Program-made: the position numbers and the translations under genes
The notes under the pieces: model-generated
What the model saw: only the letters and a program-made list of their open reading frames with translations
Databases searched by the model: none
What the model was told of the DNA's origin: nothing
DNA from: Lingula anatina
Taxonomy: Eukaryota > Animalia > Brachiopoda
Reading direction: 5' to 3'
Length of the DNA: 64,000 nucleotides
Assembly: GCA_051362555.1 (NCBI GenBank)
Contig: CM120640.1
Location: forward strand, 40,836,788 to 40,900,787
Shown here: positions 1-12,268 of the stretch, in pieces
Layout: every line of letters starts with the position of its first letter
Numbering within the stretch: position 1 is the first letter of the stretch

Positions 1-3000
1 CTAAAACCCCAGTGAAGACTACTCCAAAAGCAAGGACACCTTCACCTGCTAAACAGGCTACTCCTAAGGTTAAAACTCCTCCAACTGTTAAGAAAGCCAC
101 TCCTAAAGCAAGGACCACATCCCCTGCCAAGGTTAAAACTCCCTCACCTGCTAAGACTCCAACTCCAGTTAAGTCTGCCAGTAAGGCAGTATCTCCCAAA
201 GGCAAGCCAGCAACACCCAAGACCAAGACACCGTCACCAGCTAAGAAATCAACACATAAGGCTAGGACACCATCTAAGGCATCTCCAAGGACTCCTAAAG
301 GGAAACTAGCAACCCCAAAGGCTGCTACACCCAAGGCTAAAACCCCTGCACCAGTTTTGACATCACCTGCTTTGAAGAAAACTCCAAAGGGTAAGACACC
401 AGAGAAACATGTTCATGTGTTAAAGCCCATCGTTCTTCACCATGAAATGTCTCCAGAAGAAAAATTCTTGAAACACAAACAAGAAGTAGAAGAAGCTGCT
501 GCTCTCAAACGATCATCTCGTAAATCTACTTCACCATTCAAGCGTTTTCCACAAGTTTCACCAGTGGTTTCTGTCAAGGGAGTGGCTAGGCTATTCAGCA
601 CCCCAACACCCAAGAAATCTGCAACTCCTAAGAAGTCTCCAGCGGCAACCCCTAAGTCTGCAAAGAAAACCCCCATTAAAAAGAGTCCAGTCAAAAAGGC
701 AACTACACCTAAGGCTGCTAAACCTGCTACACCAAAAGCAGTCACTCCAGAAGCACTGTCAAGCCTTGTTGATTTAATGGAAACCCCTAAGGCAAAGACA
801 CCTAAAAAGGCAACGCCCAAGGCTAAGTCACCATCTCCAAAGAAGAGAAGAGCCAGCACTCCAGTGGGAACAAGTGCTAAGAGAAGGAAAGTAGCACCAG
901 CAACTCCAGAACCTTCCTCGGCTAAGAAACTCAAAACTCCAGCATCAGACGTCAAAAAGGCTGTTGCACTGAGAGCCATTCATGGGAAATCTGCAACACC
1001 CAAACTGCCCTCTTCCATGAAAAAGCGAGCAACTCCTGCTAGGACTCCAAGAGGATCCCGCACCCCCAAGTCTTCTGTGAAGAAACCTAAGACTTGGGCA
1101 GATATTGTGAAGAAGGGAGTGGCTGTCACAGGTGTTGTTGTGCAGAAACCTGCTCCAAAACCAATGAAGGTGAAGGTTGTTTCAAAGAAGGCTAAAACTC
1201 CTGCCAAGGCCAAGTCCGCCAAGGTATTCATGATAACACCAGTAAATAAAATGTTAACTAGTAGTGGCATAAATATTTAGAATTTACAGAAATAATTATT
1301 TTTAAATTTATTTTATGTATTGTTAGTATTATTATTTTATGCACCTTGAAGGGGAAGTCCAATTTTACACATGTAAAATATGATGATAAAAGCCCTGAAG
1401 TTGGATTCAAATTGCTTTTGCTATTTTTAGAAAGCCCCCAGGACTCCAGCTGCAGTGAGAGGCCAAATATCACATACTGGACATGCTACCTCCCCAGCTA
1501 CCATTCTGATCCATAAGAAACTGTTGAAGACACCCAAAACTGCACCTAGGAAGGGAAGAAAGAGTCCTATAAAGGTAAATTCACATTTTCAAATGAAGAT
1601 GGATTTTTAAATGATGTGATAGTGTGATAAAAAGTTTGAACTGGGTTGTTGACAGCATTCTTTTCTGTACATGGGTTTTGCTACTCCTAGCATTATGTTA
1701 ATTATTGTTAATGTAGCAAAATTAAAGATTTTCTAAACATTGGTTATTGTAATGTGCTTGTTTCAATGGAATGTATTTGGTGCATAATCCATTACTTCTC
1801 CACAGCCTGGTAAGAAGATTGATGCTGCAGATGTCAGTTTCACTGGTATTCAGGACATTTTCAGCACTCCAAAGAGTGCAACTCCAAAGTCAACGAAGAA
1901 GGGACTTACTCCATATTCTGACCTTCCTAAGACCCCTGAAGGTCCAGGAATGATGTTTGTGTCCCCTATGACAACTCCTAGGCCTGCATCAAAGAGACCA
2001 AGCACCTCTCCTTTCAAGAGAGGACCATCTTCAGTAAAGAAAACCCCAGTGATGCCTAGTTTAACTGGTGTGAGAGAATTGTTGAAAACGCCAAAACAGC
2101 AGCCAGATGTTAACTATAGTGGAGTGAAAGAGTTGTTTTCAAGCCCCAAAGCTGCAACCCCTGTCAGAGGCAAAAAGAGGAAAATTGATGCCAGGTCACC
2201 ATCTCCAGCTGCAAAGAGAGTACGTCCTTCAACCAAGACACCCAAGGCAAAGTCTCCAGCCAAACTTAAGACTCCTTCTCCAGCCAAGAAGACACCATCC
2301 CCTAAGAAGGCAGCTGGGAGGGCCAGACGAGGTGCCGTGAAACCAGCAACACCAGTGAAGGAGGTGCCATCAGAACCAACTCCACAAAAGGTCACTACAC
2401 CAAAACCAACAAAGGGGAGAAAGGCAGCAATTAAAAAAGCATCTCCTGTCAAGGCAAGTCCCAAGGCAACGAGAACAAGAAGGGGTGCTAAAAGTCCTGC
2501 CAAGTCACCAGCAAAGAAAGCAGCCACACCTGCAAAAGAAAATGTCACCCCAGTTAAAAAAGCTGTCACACCAGTAAAGAAAGCAACCCCTAAGGCCACA
2601 AGAGCAAAAAAGACAAAAGCACCAGCAAAGGCAGCTACACCTGTGAAAGAAGTTGCCGTGGCAGCCACACCAGAAAAAGAACCCACACCCAAGCCTGCAC
2701 GTAGGGGAAGAGCAGCTGTAAAAAAGGTTGCCACTCCTAAAAAGGCTGCCACACCTAGAGCCTCCAGGTCAAGGAGAGGAGCCAAGGCACAGACCCCAGC
2801 AAAGGCTGCCACCCCTGTGAAAGAAGCTGCAGCACCAGCTACTCTAGCAAAGGAACCAACCCCCAAGCCTGCACGAAAGGGAAGAGCAGCTGCAAAGAAA
2901 GTTGCTACACCTAAAAAAGCCGCAACACCCAAGGCCTCCAGAACTAAGAGGGGAGCTAAAACCCAAACCCCAGTAAAGGCAGCAACTCCTGCTCCCGAGG

Positions 3001-4715
3001 TGTCCCCCAAGCCTACTCGCAGGGGAAGAGCAGCATCCAAAAAGTCACCCTCACCAGTGAAGACTGCAACAAAGAAGACCTCGCGTGCTACAAGCAAAGA
3101 AAAGGCAGCATCGCCTGCTAAGCCAGCCACCCCAAAAGCTACTCGTACTACAAAGCAAGAAAAGACGACCGCAAAAGAGGAACCTGTAGCTATACCATCA
3201 CCAAAACCTGCAAAGAGGGGCAGATCTGCTGCCAAGAAGGCAGCTACTCCAGTGAAGGCAAAAACCCCTAAGGCTCCACGCACAAGCAGGAGAGGGAAAG
3301 CAGCACCCTCTCCAGCCAAGGTTGCCACACCAGTTAAAGCTGTGGAAAAGAAGAGAGCAACAAGTCCACAAAAGGTATGATGTCCTCTAGTATGTTTGTT
3401 TAGTGAGCATACATTTTTTTAAGTTGTGAAATATTTTGTTTAAAGGTATAATTAGTGAAAACATCTTTTATCAAAGTGGTGTAGATATAATTGATGATAT
3501 ATATGGATTAAATTAGCTATACAAGTGTGGAGAGTATAAATGGGCACAGTTTCATGATGGTTTTGAGTTTGGAGGAGTAATGTCAAATAAAAAGACCAAA
3601 AATGCCATCAAGATTTGTTTTCCTGAAGTAATGATGTTGCCAGTGATTTACCTCTAGTACATTTAATGAACATGAGAAAGAAATGAAGTTTAATTCAACT
3701 TGATGGGAGACAACTTGACATATGAATATATATTAAATGACCACTGGTAAAGAAGGTGATTTCTGTTGTAGGAAGCTACTACTGCACCAACTCCAGCTAA
3801 GAGAACAACTAGAAAAGGAGCAGCTGCCAAGCCTAAAACTCCTGCAAAAGCTGCAGCCAGGTATGCATGGGTGAAAAAACTAAATAGTACAGAGGTTGCT
3901 GTTAACAGTACATTTTCTAGTATAAAAGGTCCATATTAGAGAAGAATTTTAAACATTAGAATTTATGAAATATTTTGAGAGCCATTCAGCAAATTTTCGG
4001 TGTGAAAATTGTAGGCCTGATTAGAAAATAGTTCAAATATTCTGCATGTGGCTAGACTAATACTCAATTTAACTTTGCATGAGCAGCCGTGGTAAGAAGA
4101 GAGCAGCATCTCCAGTTCCTGAACCAGTGACATCAAAGGCACAAAAGATCACAGAAGTTAAGGCAGCAACCCCAGCAAAGAAGACTGCTGCCCAGTCCAA
4201 GAAGACCACTTCAAAGAAAGTTGCATCTCCTGTAAAGAAGGCAGCAACACCAAAGGCTACAAGGTAATTTAGTTTGTCAGACCTAGTTATATGTGATAAC
4301 ACTGTTTGATATTTACAAACGTCAACAAAGTGAAAAAAAATTATTTTCCTACAGGTTCTTTTGAAAAATATTTTCACCTCGGCAGATAAATTTGCAAATT
4401 GCTCGATAATACGCCATTACACCATATGGAATTCTTCTTTAAACTGTTACCTAGTATCAGTATTGCTTATTATGAATATTTGTGTAATGAATGTAACTGG
4501 TTATCCACACTATGTGATAAATTATTGTTGACTGTAGATCCAGGAAGGGCAAGACAGCATCTCCAGCCAAACCTACCACACCAAAAGTTGGAAGGAAAAA
4601 TGCCTTGAAGAAGGCAGCATCTCCCAAGAAAGCAACACCTGCGTCCAAGAAAACAAAATCCAAGACAGTTAAAAAATCTCCAGCACCTAAAAGAGTGACG
4701 AGGACAAGGAAATAG
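1..4715 (+). CDS. MKI67: Ki-67-like chromosome-periphery protein, 5'-partial (~1125 aa in window)
   Basis: GT-AG exons <1-1223, 1431-1574, 1806-3374, 3772-3860, 4087-4263, 4538-4715 (TAG) stay in frame. KTWADIVKKG and HTGHATSPATILI match the Ki-67 conserved domain (human SWADVVKLG / TGHANSPCTIII). Ki-67-motif-like units SFTGIQDIFSTP, SLTGVRELLKTP, NYSGVKELFSSP. Very K/P/T/A-rich with many S/T-P-x-K sites; ends RVTRTRK. FHA and PP1 motifs are not in the window. Confidence 0.8.
2620..2990 (+). repeat. 174-bp (58-aa) coding tandem repeat in the Ki-67-like exon
   Basis: AAGCCTGCACG..GGGAAGAGCAGCTG at 2691 and 2865 (period 174); more degenerate copies near 2403, 3009 and 3203. Confidence 0.8.
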
Positions 4716-5953
4716 ATGTAGACAATCACAATTATTGAGGAGATTAAAAAAAGAAATTGGGATAGAATATTTTAGATTATATTATTTTAGTTATTATTTT
4801 TGTTTCTTCCTTGAGATAAAATTATTTTCATGGAATGAATTGTATTTATGGGAATTATATTTTATTGTACATATTTTTTGTGTACACTTAGTTACGTAAA
4901 GATTTATTGTTAAGGTACAGGGGTGTGAATGACGCACAGGCAAGGAAAGATTTTACCTCAAAAGCACTTGGATTTCAAAAAAGATAAAAAGAAGGATAGA
5001 TTTTATTGGTGTTATGATCATTAAGGGGAAAAAATGCACAGTTATTTTATTAGAGTCCCCAGTGTTCCACTTAAAAGTGAGAAAGATGTAATGGAAGTAC
5101 TATGCATATTCCACAATGAAACAAGCAATTGTATTACAACACTTGCCTTAATGGCATGTATTCTGTAAATCTTTGATGAACACATGATTGAACCCAAGCT
5201 GGCCATTATTTATTCTATTACACCTTGGCAGCTCTTTTTTTTTTTAAATTCAAGTGTCCATGCTTTTTAATTTGTCGAACTAGTTAGTGGTGAATGAATG
5301 TGAAATGAATAACTTGCATCTGTAGACCTAGTTTCACTCATTGCGACTTACATGTCATGTTGATCTTGACCAGTAGTTTTGAGTGATATATGGACCATTT
5401 TAAAACAGTAAAGGATAAATAACTTTGAATTTTTATTTGTATAAGTGATCTGGGAGGTAGTGAAATTGAAGTTGTTTTCTGTCTTTCCTTTTACTGCAAG
5501 ACACTGAGTGAGTGAATGAGTATTTGAACAGCAGTGGCTACTATTACATTCTCTATAAGATATTTTGATGCTTAATTTTATTACATTTTGTGTGTAAATA
5601 GAACATTTTATAAATTTGGTTTTTGCTTTGCTTTTTGAATGCTCAATATTTTCAACATCATTTGTGTAAAATTATTTGGGTTTTAGTGGTGGGAGGTCTT
5701 AAAGATCATTCAAGTAGCAGAATGTTTGTTTCTTTAATAATTCTAAAGCCCACTTTTAAGAATGTATTTGAGCGTAAAATAAGATTCATCTTGTACTTTC
5801 TGAATTTTGAGCACTTTTCACATCTTTTTCAATTGAATAACAAACCATTAAATCAGAAATATGATCTCATTGTAACAAAATGTAAAAACATTTCATAAAA
5901 AGAGTAAATGGATTTGAATACATTTACAGATTTCCTGTACTAACTATACTAAA

Positions 5954-5959
5954 AATAAA
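5954..5959 (+). terminator. Candidate polyadenylation signal of the Ki-67-like gene
   Basis: AATAAA at the end of an AT-rich ~1.2 kb region after the stop, just before the CpG-rich CLINT1 promoter region. Confidence 0.4.
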
Positions 5960-6299
5960 TTGCTATATTTCATGGGCACGTGGTACCAAGTAATTAAGAC
6001 GAGGCGTGATTTCTCAATTCACATATTATTTTTAATGGACTGTGTGTGAAAGAGGAAAAATGTCAGGGTTATCAATGAACTCGACATCTGTTGTGGGAGT
6101 TCAAGCCCATCAGTGTTGGGTGGCAATGACACAATTAGACAGTATTCATAACATATATATATGACCATAGTGTCTATATCAGAAGTTTTCACGATTTAAC
6201 TTTCAAAATTCCTAAGTTCTTTTCCCAAAAATTAGGTAAATTTTCATAATTTTTAAACATTGAACCTCAACCAAAAAACTCTCTGAACCTACAAGGACA

Positions 6300-6936
6300 C
6301 TTCTCAAATACACAAACAAAAGATATGAAAGATTTGACGTATACATTTTGAGGCAAAAGTTACGAAATGACGACATTGACATTATCCTACATAAAATTCC
6401 AAATATACTTTATTTAACACATTTATATCGTGGGACAGCTCTACTCGGTGTCTGCTCCGAAAGTATTAATGGCAAGGCTGCGTTGCGTAGGCCTCTATCA
6501 TTACGGCGTATTATTAATAACGGAGTTATGTGCACTGTCTGTTGGTCGAGTAAGAAACCCTGTGCCCGTCACTGCGTCTGTCAGCGTAGATAGCTCTAAT
6601 GAAGTATTATACGCAGTTACCTTTTTAGTGTTTACTAGAATGTTCACAAAGCAAAGGTAAAATAATGAACCTAACAATTACTGCCGTCCTTAAAAAATAA
6701 AATATTGCAAAAGGGCAATACAACCGTAGTGGAAGATCAATGTAACGGGCACTTTCTGAAGGTAAACGGAGTCTAAGAAATGGGTCGAGTTTGATCATGT
6801 GACCAAGCGCCATATTGGCATAGTTGCTCTTCAAGCCTTTCCGATGGTGTGAAAATCTTTTTCATCCTTCCAAAATTACAGACTTTTAGTGTACATTATT
6901 AACCTCAAGCCATAGGAGCACCATCACATTTTCACT
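6300..6936 (+). promoter_or_regulatory. CLINT1 promoter / 5'UTR, locally CpG-rich
   Basis: CpG-rich patch between CpG-poor gene bodies. TCATGTGAC (M-box/E-box, 6795-6803) followed by CGCCATATT (YY1-like, ~6808-6816), ~130 bp upstream of the ATG. Confidence 0.5.
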
Positions 6937-9900
6937 ATGTGGAAAATTAGAGAGATCACCGATAAAGTGTGAGTATGATTTGTTTCTAAATATGCCGACC
7001 CTCTGAACAGACACCTGTCAACAAAATATATGGGAAAACCCGACACGTATGCAATATAATTCACAGTTTGATATTCGCAATTTGATGAATTAAGGATGTT
7101 GGTTTTTAATTGAGATACTCAGATTTTTTTATTTGGAGGAATCTCACAAAATTGCCTGTTTGCGTTCTTATTTAATTTAGTTTTCACATTAAATATATCC
7201 CCAAGTTTTGTTGTCACCGCCCACCGGTAGATTGCTGGTGGTTTTTCAAATCATAGTACTAGGCCATTGATACGACAAGATATTTCATAAATGATTTCAC
7301 TGTAAGTGATTTGTCCGATGTGGACTTTGCAAAACTCGTCTTTTTAAGCGATAACCAAGCTGTCATATATGTAACTAAAAGGGCAGTCAGAAGTCGGTTT
7401 CAAAATCATATATTTTGAATTAAATACCGAATATTTAGTGATAAAAAAGCCTCTTAAAACTTTACAGGCACTATTTATAATCTAAGCCTTATATAAGGCT
7501 ATACAGTATAGTTGTGAAAGTCAATTGGAAGGTGTGTTATGTTGACATTTTTTGTAGTTGTGGTAAAGTTGTGAACCAAGTTGTCTTTTCTCTTGTCTTG
7601 AACCTGTCTCCCCATACTGGTTTGATTTCATTTTTGAGCAGTTTTTTTCTATGGTCGTTTAAATGTTTTCTCTCTCCCACCCCAAACACACACACACACA
7701 TGCACACACACACAAACACAAACACCTGTACTGTCTTAATTCAAGATATTTAAAACCATGTCTTTTAATCTTTGACCCTTAAATCTTTTCTAGATACTGC
7801 TAGATATATATAACTAAACAATTTTCTATATGTTAATTTTTTTAGTATTTTATGAACCCACATATATTGTACATTTACAGCACCAATGTGGTGATGAATT
7901 ATTCTGAGGTTGAGTCAAAAGTGCGAGAAGCGACAAATGATGATGCGTGGGGTCCCACAGGCTCTCTGATGCAGGAGATAGCTCACTTCACTTTCACATA
8001 TGAGCATTTCCCAGAGGTGATGGGGATGCTGTGGAAAAGGATGCTCACAGACAGTAAGAAAAACTGGAGAAGAACATATAAGGTAGTGTTTACAATGTTC
8101 ATTTAAGAAAACTCTGTTATAATTAATAATATTTAAATTTTCAAAAATAATGGTTTTTAAAAATATTAAACATGAGGAAGAAAAACAGCTGTATGGACTG
8201 GGGTTCATGACTGAGTAAAGGAGAAATGCCTGAAATGTGACTCTGTTCAGTTATTTTTCTAAAATGTTCCGTCAAATTACACAAAAATGATTATTAATTC
8301 AATAAATATTGCCACTTGTCAGCTTATCATAATAACACCAGCATTGTTCTGCAACTTAACATTTTCCACTATGATGGTTTATGAGCAGCAGTGTACACTT
8401 CAGTCAGCTTGTCTAGGTTATCAAAGGCATAGGTCATTTACATGAGAGGTTTGTTATTGCTATCAAGGTATATATCTCACCTGGATTTGGTGCCTTTAAT
8501 TTCTCCATCTCTCTCACCCTCCCCCCTTCCCAAATCCCCCATTACAGAAAGATCAGATATTTATATATGATAAAGAAAACAACAAAGATGCTAAATATTG
8601 GTATTTCAAACTGTAGTGACATTGAACTGTAGTGACATTGGAATGTTATTATATTGGGATCATGTTGTCACCAATATGACATCAAGTATTTATGTTTAAC
8701 AACATCTTAGTTCTTTTATTGCTGATGCCACATTGTATTTGTTTATTTATTATTGTTTGTACCAACATTTCCTGTATATCTGAGCTGTGTTTTTTAAAAG
8801 AATTGAGAAGGATCTAGTGTTCCCCTCCCCTTTTTTATTGTTGCTGCTGGTGAAATTTCAAAGCAGGATGTGAATTAAGATTTTATTACAGGACGATGTT
8901 ATTATCTTGAAAATTTCCAAGTGTAAATTTTGTCTTAATTTATGGAAATCTGTATTATTCATCAGAAGGCAGGATGCATTTTAATTTTTCTTTTCCTGAT
9001 ATGAATGGGATGCACATATTAAAACAGTTTTTCTTTTTAAAATGTGCAATTAAATAAAATTATTTTAAAATATTTGGAAAGAAGTATATTGGTTGAAGAC
9101 CAGTACCTTCTAGAAAGGAATTCAAGTAATTAACTGAGAGATGATCTAGGTACATTCCAAGGCAACAATGTTAATGTGCTAATATGCATATATAATCCTT
9201 TAAGAGCTGTCTTTCATAGAAGTCACTTGAAGAACGCAATGGACTAAATATATCTGTCACACAATGAGTGTCAAATATCCTTTGCCTGTATCAGCTTAAG
9301 CCTTTCTCAAGTACAATATATGTAACACTGCAAAGAGAGATTGGATTTTTTTATTCAGCATCATTTTGTCCCCTGTTCAGTAGTCACACTTCAGGTGTAT
9401 TCAGTAGAGGAGAAACATTACAGTACACATTTTATAAGTTGCTGCTATTTGATGTTTACCTATCTAACCGGGAAAGTAGAATGATATTGATGGAAACAGC
9501 AAGCTAGTGTGTGATTAATTCAATATGCTCTTTGTTGTGCCAACAGCAGTTATTTTAGTGACTTGTGAAGAATGTATATTGATCTGTAGTTCCTGTGATC
9601 TAAACTGAAATTGAAAATTTGGCATTTTCATGAGTAGGATAGCTTTGTTTAACAACATGTATCACACGATCACTCCTTATGTTATGTGTCATCTCAGTAC
9701 TTAAGATAAGGACATATTAATAAAATGATATTTTCATGTGTATTGAGAACCATTGTATGGGTAGAAGTGGATTTTTGATGTCGTATGATGTAATGTAGAA
9801 TTGTTTTCGTGCAAAAAAATTCCAGTTGAGGAAAGTGTTTTATTTGGAATCGGATAGCATTGATGACATTTTCCTATTTAATCATGATATACTCTTCCAC

Positions 9901-12229
9901 CATTTGTCATATTATCATTTCTCCATCATATTTCATGTCTTGATGTAGGACATCTGTAGACTTCACGGGTGGCTGCTCACATTATTAATGGAATACTGAA
10001 TGCATATTTGGGAAAAATGTGCATGCTTGTTTATGCTTAAATCTGACTGAGATTCATGTTTTAGCATTAGCAATTACCCCAAGGATATGAAAATCTTTTT
10101 TTTCTTTGACGCTGCTGGAATATATGCCCCCCTCCCCCAGATAACGAAAAAAAACTGTCTACTTTGTTGCTTTATCCTTTTATATTTTCATGAAAAAGTG
10201 AGGAAGTATTTTTTCATACTTCTCTACATTTTTTTCAGGCCTTGCTTCTTCTAAACTATCTTATACGAAATGGCTCTGAACGTGTAGTTACAAGTGCTAG
10301 AGAACATATATATGACCTTAGGGGACTGGAACCTTACCAGTTTATAGATGAGCATGGAAAAGATCAAGGCATTAATGGTGAGCTCTAGAATGGATGATGT
10401 TAAGATGAGTCTCTTAGGCACTGAGAGATATTTAACCCTGTGTCTGTGATCTGTCATGTGGTATTGGCTGTTTAATGACATTTGTATCCAATGTATGGCT
10501 TTGTTGTTGGTATCAGATCAGATTTTTTTTTCAAGAAAAAAGAAAGAAAAAAAAACTGTTGAATCAGAAATATTTTCATAATGAGTTGGAAATACAGATA
10601 CTTTGAATTGATACATGAACTTAACATTCACAATATACTTAAATTTGACTTATGGACTGGTAGATGTAAAACTTGTACTTTTACCTTTCAGTACGGCAAA
10701 AAACAAAGGATCTTTTAGATTTTATACAAGATGACGACAGACTGCGAGAAGAAAGGAAAAAGGCCAAGAAAAACAAAGATAAATACACTGGAATATCCGG
10801 CGAGGCAATGTCAATACGTCATGGTGGTTATAGTAAGTTTCATGCTATTTTTGTGTTGTGGCTTTTTTCCCATTACAACATGTAGTGTTCCTTGTAAGTT
10901 AGCACCATTGGTCTTTGATTAATACGACTACATACTGGTGAAGTTCGCATGTTTATAAAATATTTTTTTTGCAGAACCCATCTTATGCCATGGTAATTAT
11001 CAGTTTATTCAGTTACTTTAAATGTATATATGTTAAAACCAAAAAAACAAGCGCTCAGGCACGGTCAGCTCACGACTCCTATTTTCCAATTCAGTAACAG
11101 TTAACATAAACTGATCCTGGCATAACCGAGCTATTTCGAACAATAAATATTGTTATAAGGGACTGTTATAACTGAATTACATCTTGGTCAAAGATGATAC
11201 TATGTATTGAGAAAAAGTTTCAGTTGTTTTGCTAAAGATTTGCTAAAATTGATGTTTATTTTATTTTTTTTTTTAAGGTGATAGGTACGGGGAAGAACCG
11301 AACAGATTTTCATCAGGACGCAGTCAAATAGATGAATTTGATGCACATGACCGCCAGAACAGACAGTCCTTGGCCCAGGAGGCACTGGGGAAAGTGAAGG
11401 AGATATGGAACAGATCACGTGGATATGAAGACAGTCCTGCAGACAGAGATAGGTGTGTGAGAGACTCTGATGACAAGAAGTTCTATTTTGAGTTGTTTAT
11501 GTATTGTAAAAATTGAGCAATGCCAACTTTTTTTTGTATTATGTATCTTTCTAGATGTATGGCACTAATTATGTAAAATTTTTATAAATGTTGAAAGAAC
11601 TGGATGAAATATTTGTTTAGCACTTTGTTATTTATGATCAGTTCACTTTCTAATATGAAAGAATTTTAAATCTGATAAGCAACATAAATGTGACTGATAA
11701 TGACATGAAATTTACAAAATTGAAAATTCATTTTATTTATTTTAGTGATAATGAAATAGGTTGGGCTGCAGATGCATCTGACTTTAAAGAAGATTCCTTT
11801 GGGAATAGAGACTATAATAAAAATGAATTTAAAGATGATGATGAATCATTTACAATGGAAAGAACACACACAACACGAACAGAAAGGATAACAAGTCGGA
11901 AAAATAATAGACAAGTCAAAAAAATAGACCTTGGGGCAGCAGCAGGATTTGGAAGAGTATCAGAAAGTGACTCAAGGGTAGGTAGTATTAAGCTGTAATA
12001 CATAAATGGCATTACAAATTTATGGTTATATATGCATTATAGAATTAGAAAACTCATACTCAACAGTAATAGATATTTATTTCTTGATATCAGTTCAAAG
12101 GTATGCAAGTGCAATTTTCCAATGGAATGATGTACTAGTGATATCTAAAAGTTTGGGCATACATTGCATGAAGCCTTTAGAAGTAGTGATAACACAAAAT
12201 TGTAATTTTTTTTTCAAATCTTCACTTTT

Positions 12230-12268
<39 letters not shown>

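Noticed and set aside
437-3328. Long antisense ORFs (437-979, 980-1270, 2114-3328) with hydrophobic products
   Set aside because: Mirror of low-complexity K/P/T/A codons on the sense strand, which seldom give antisense stops; no independent coding signal.
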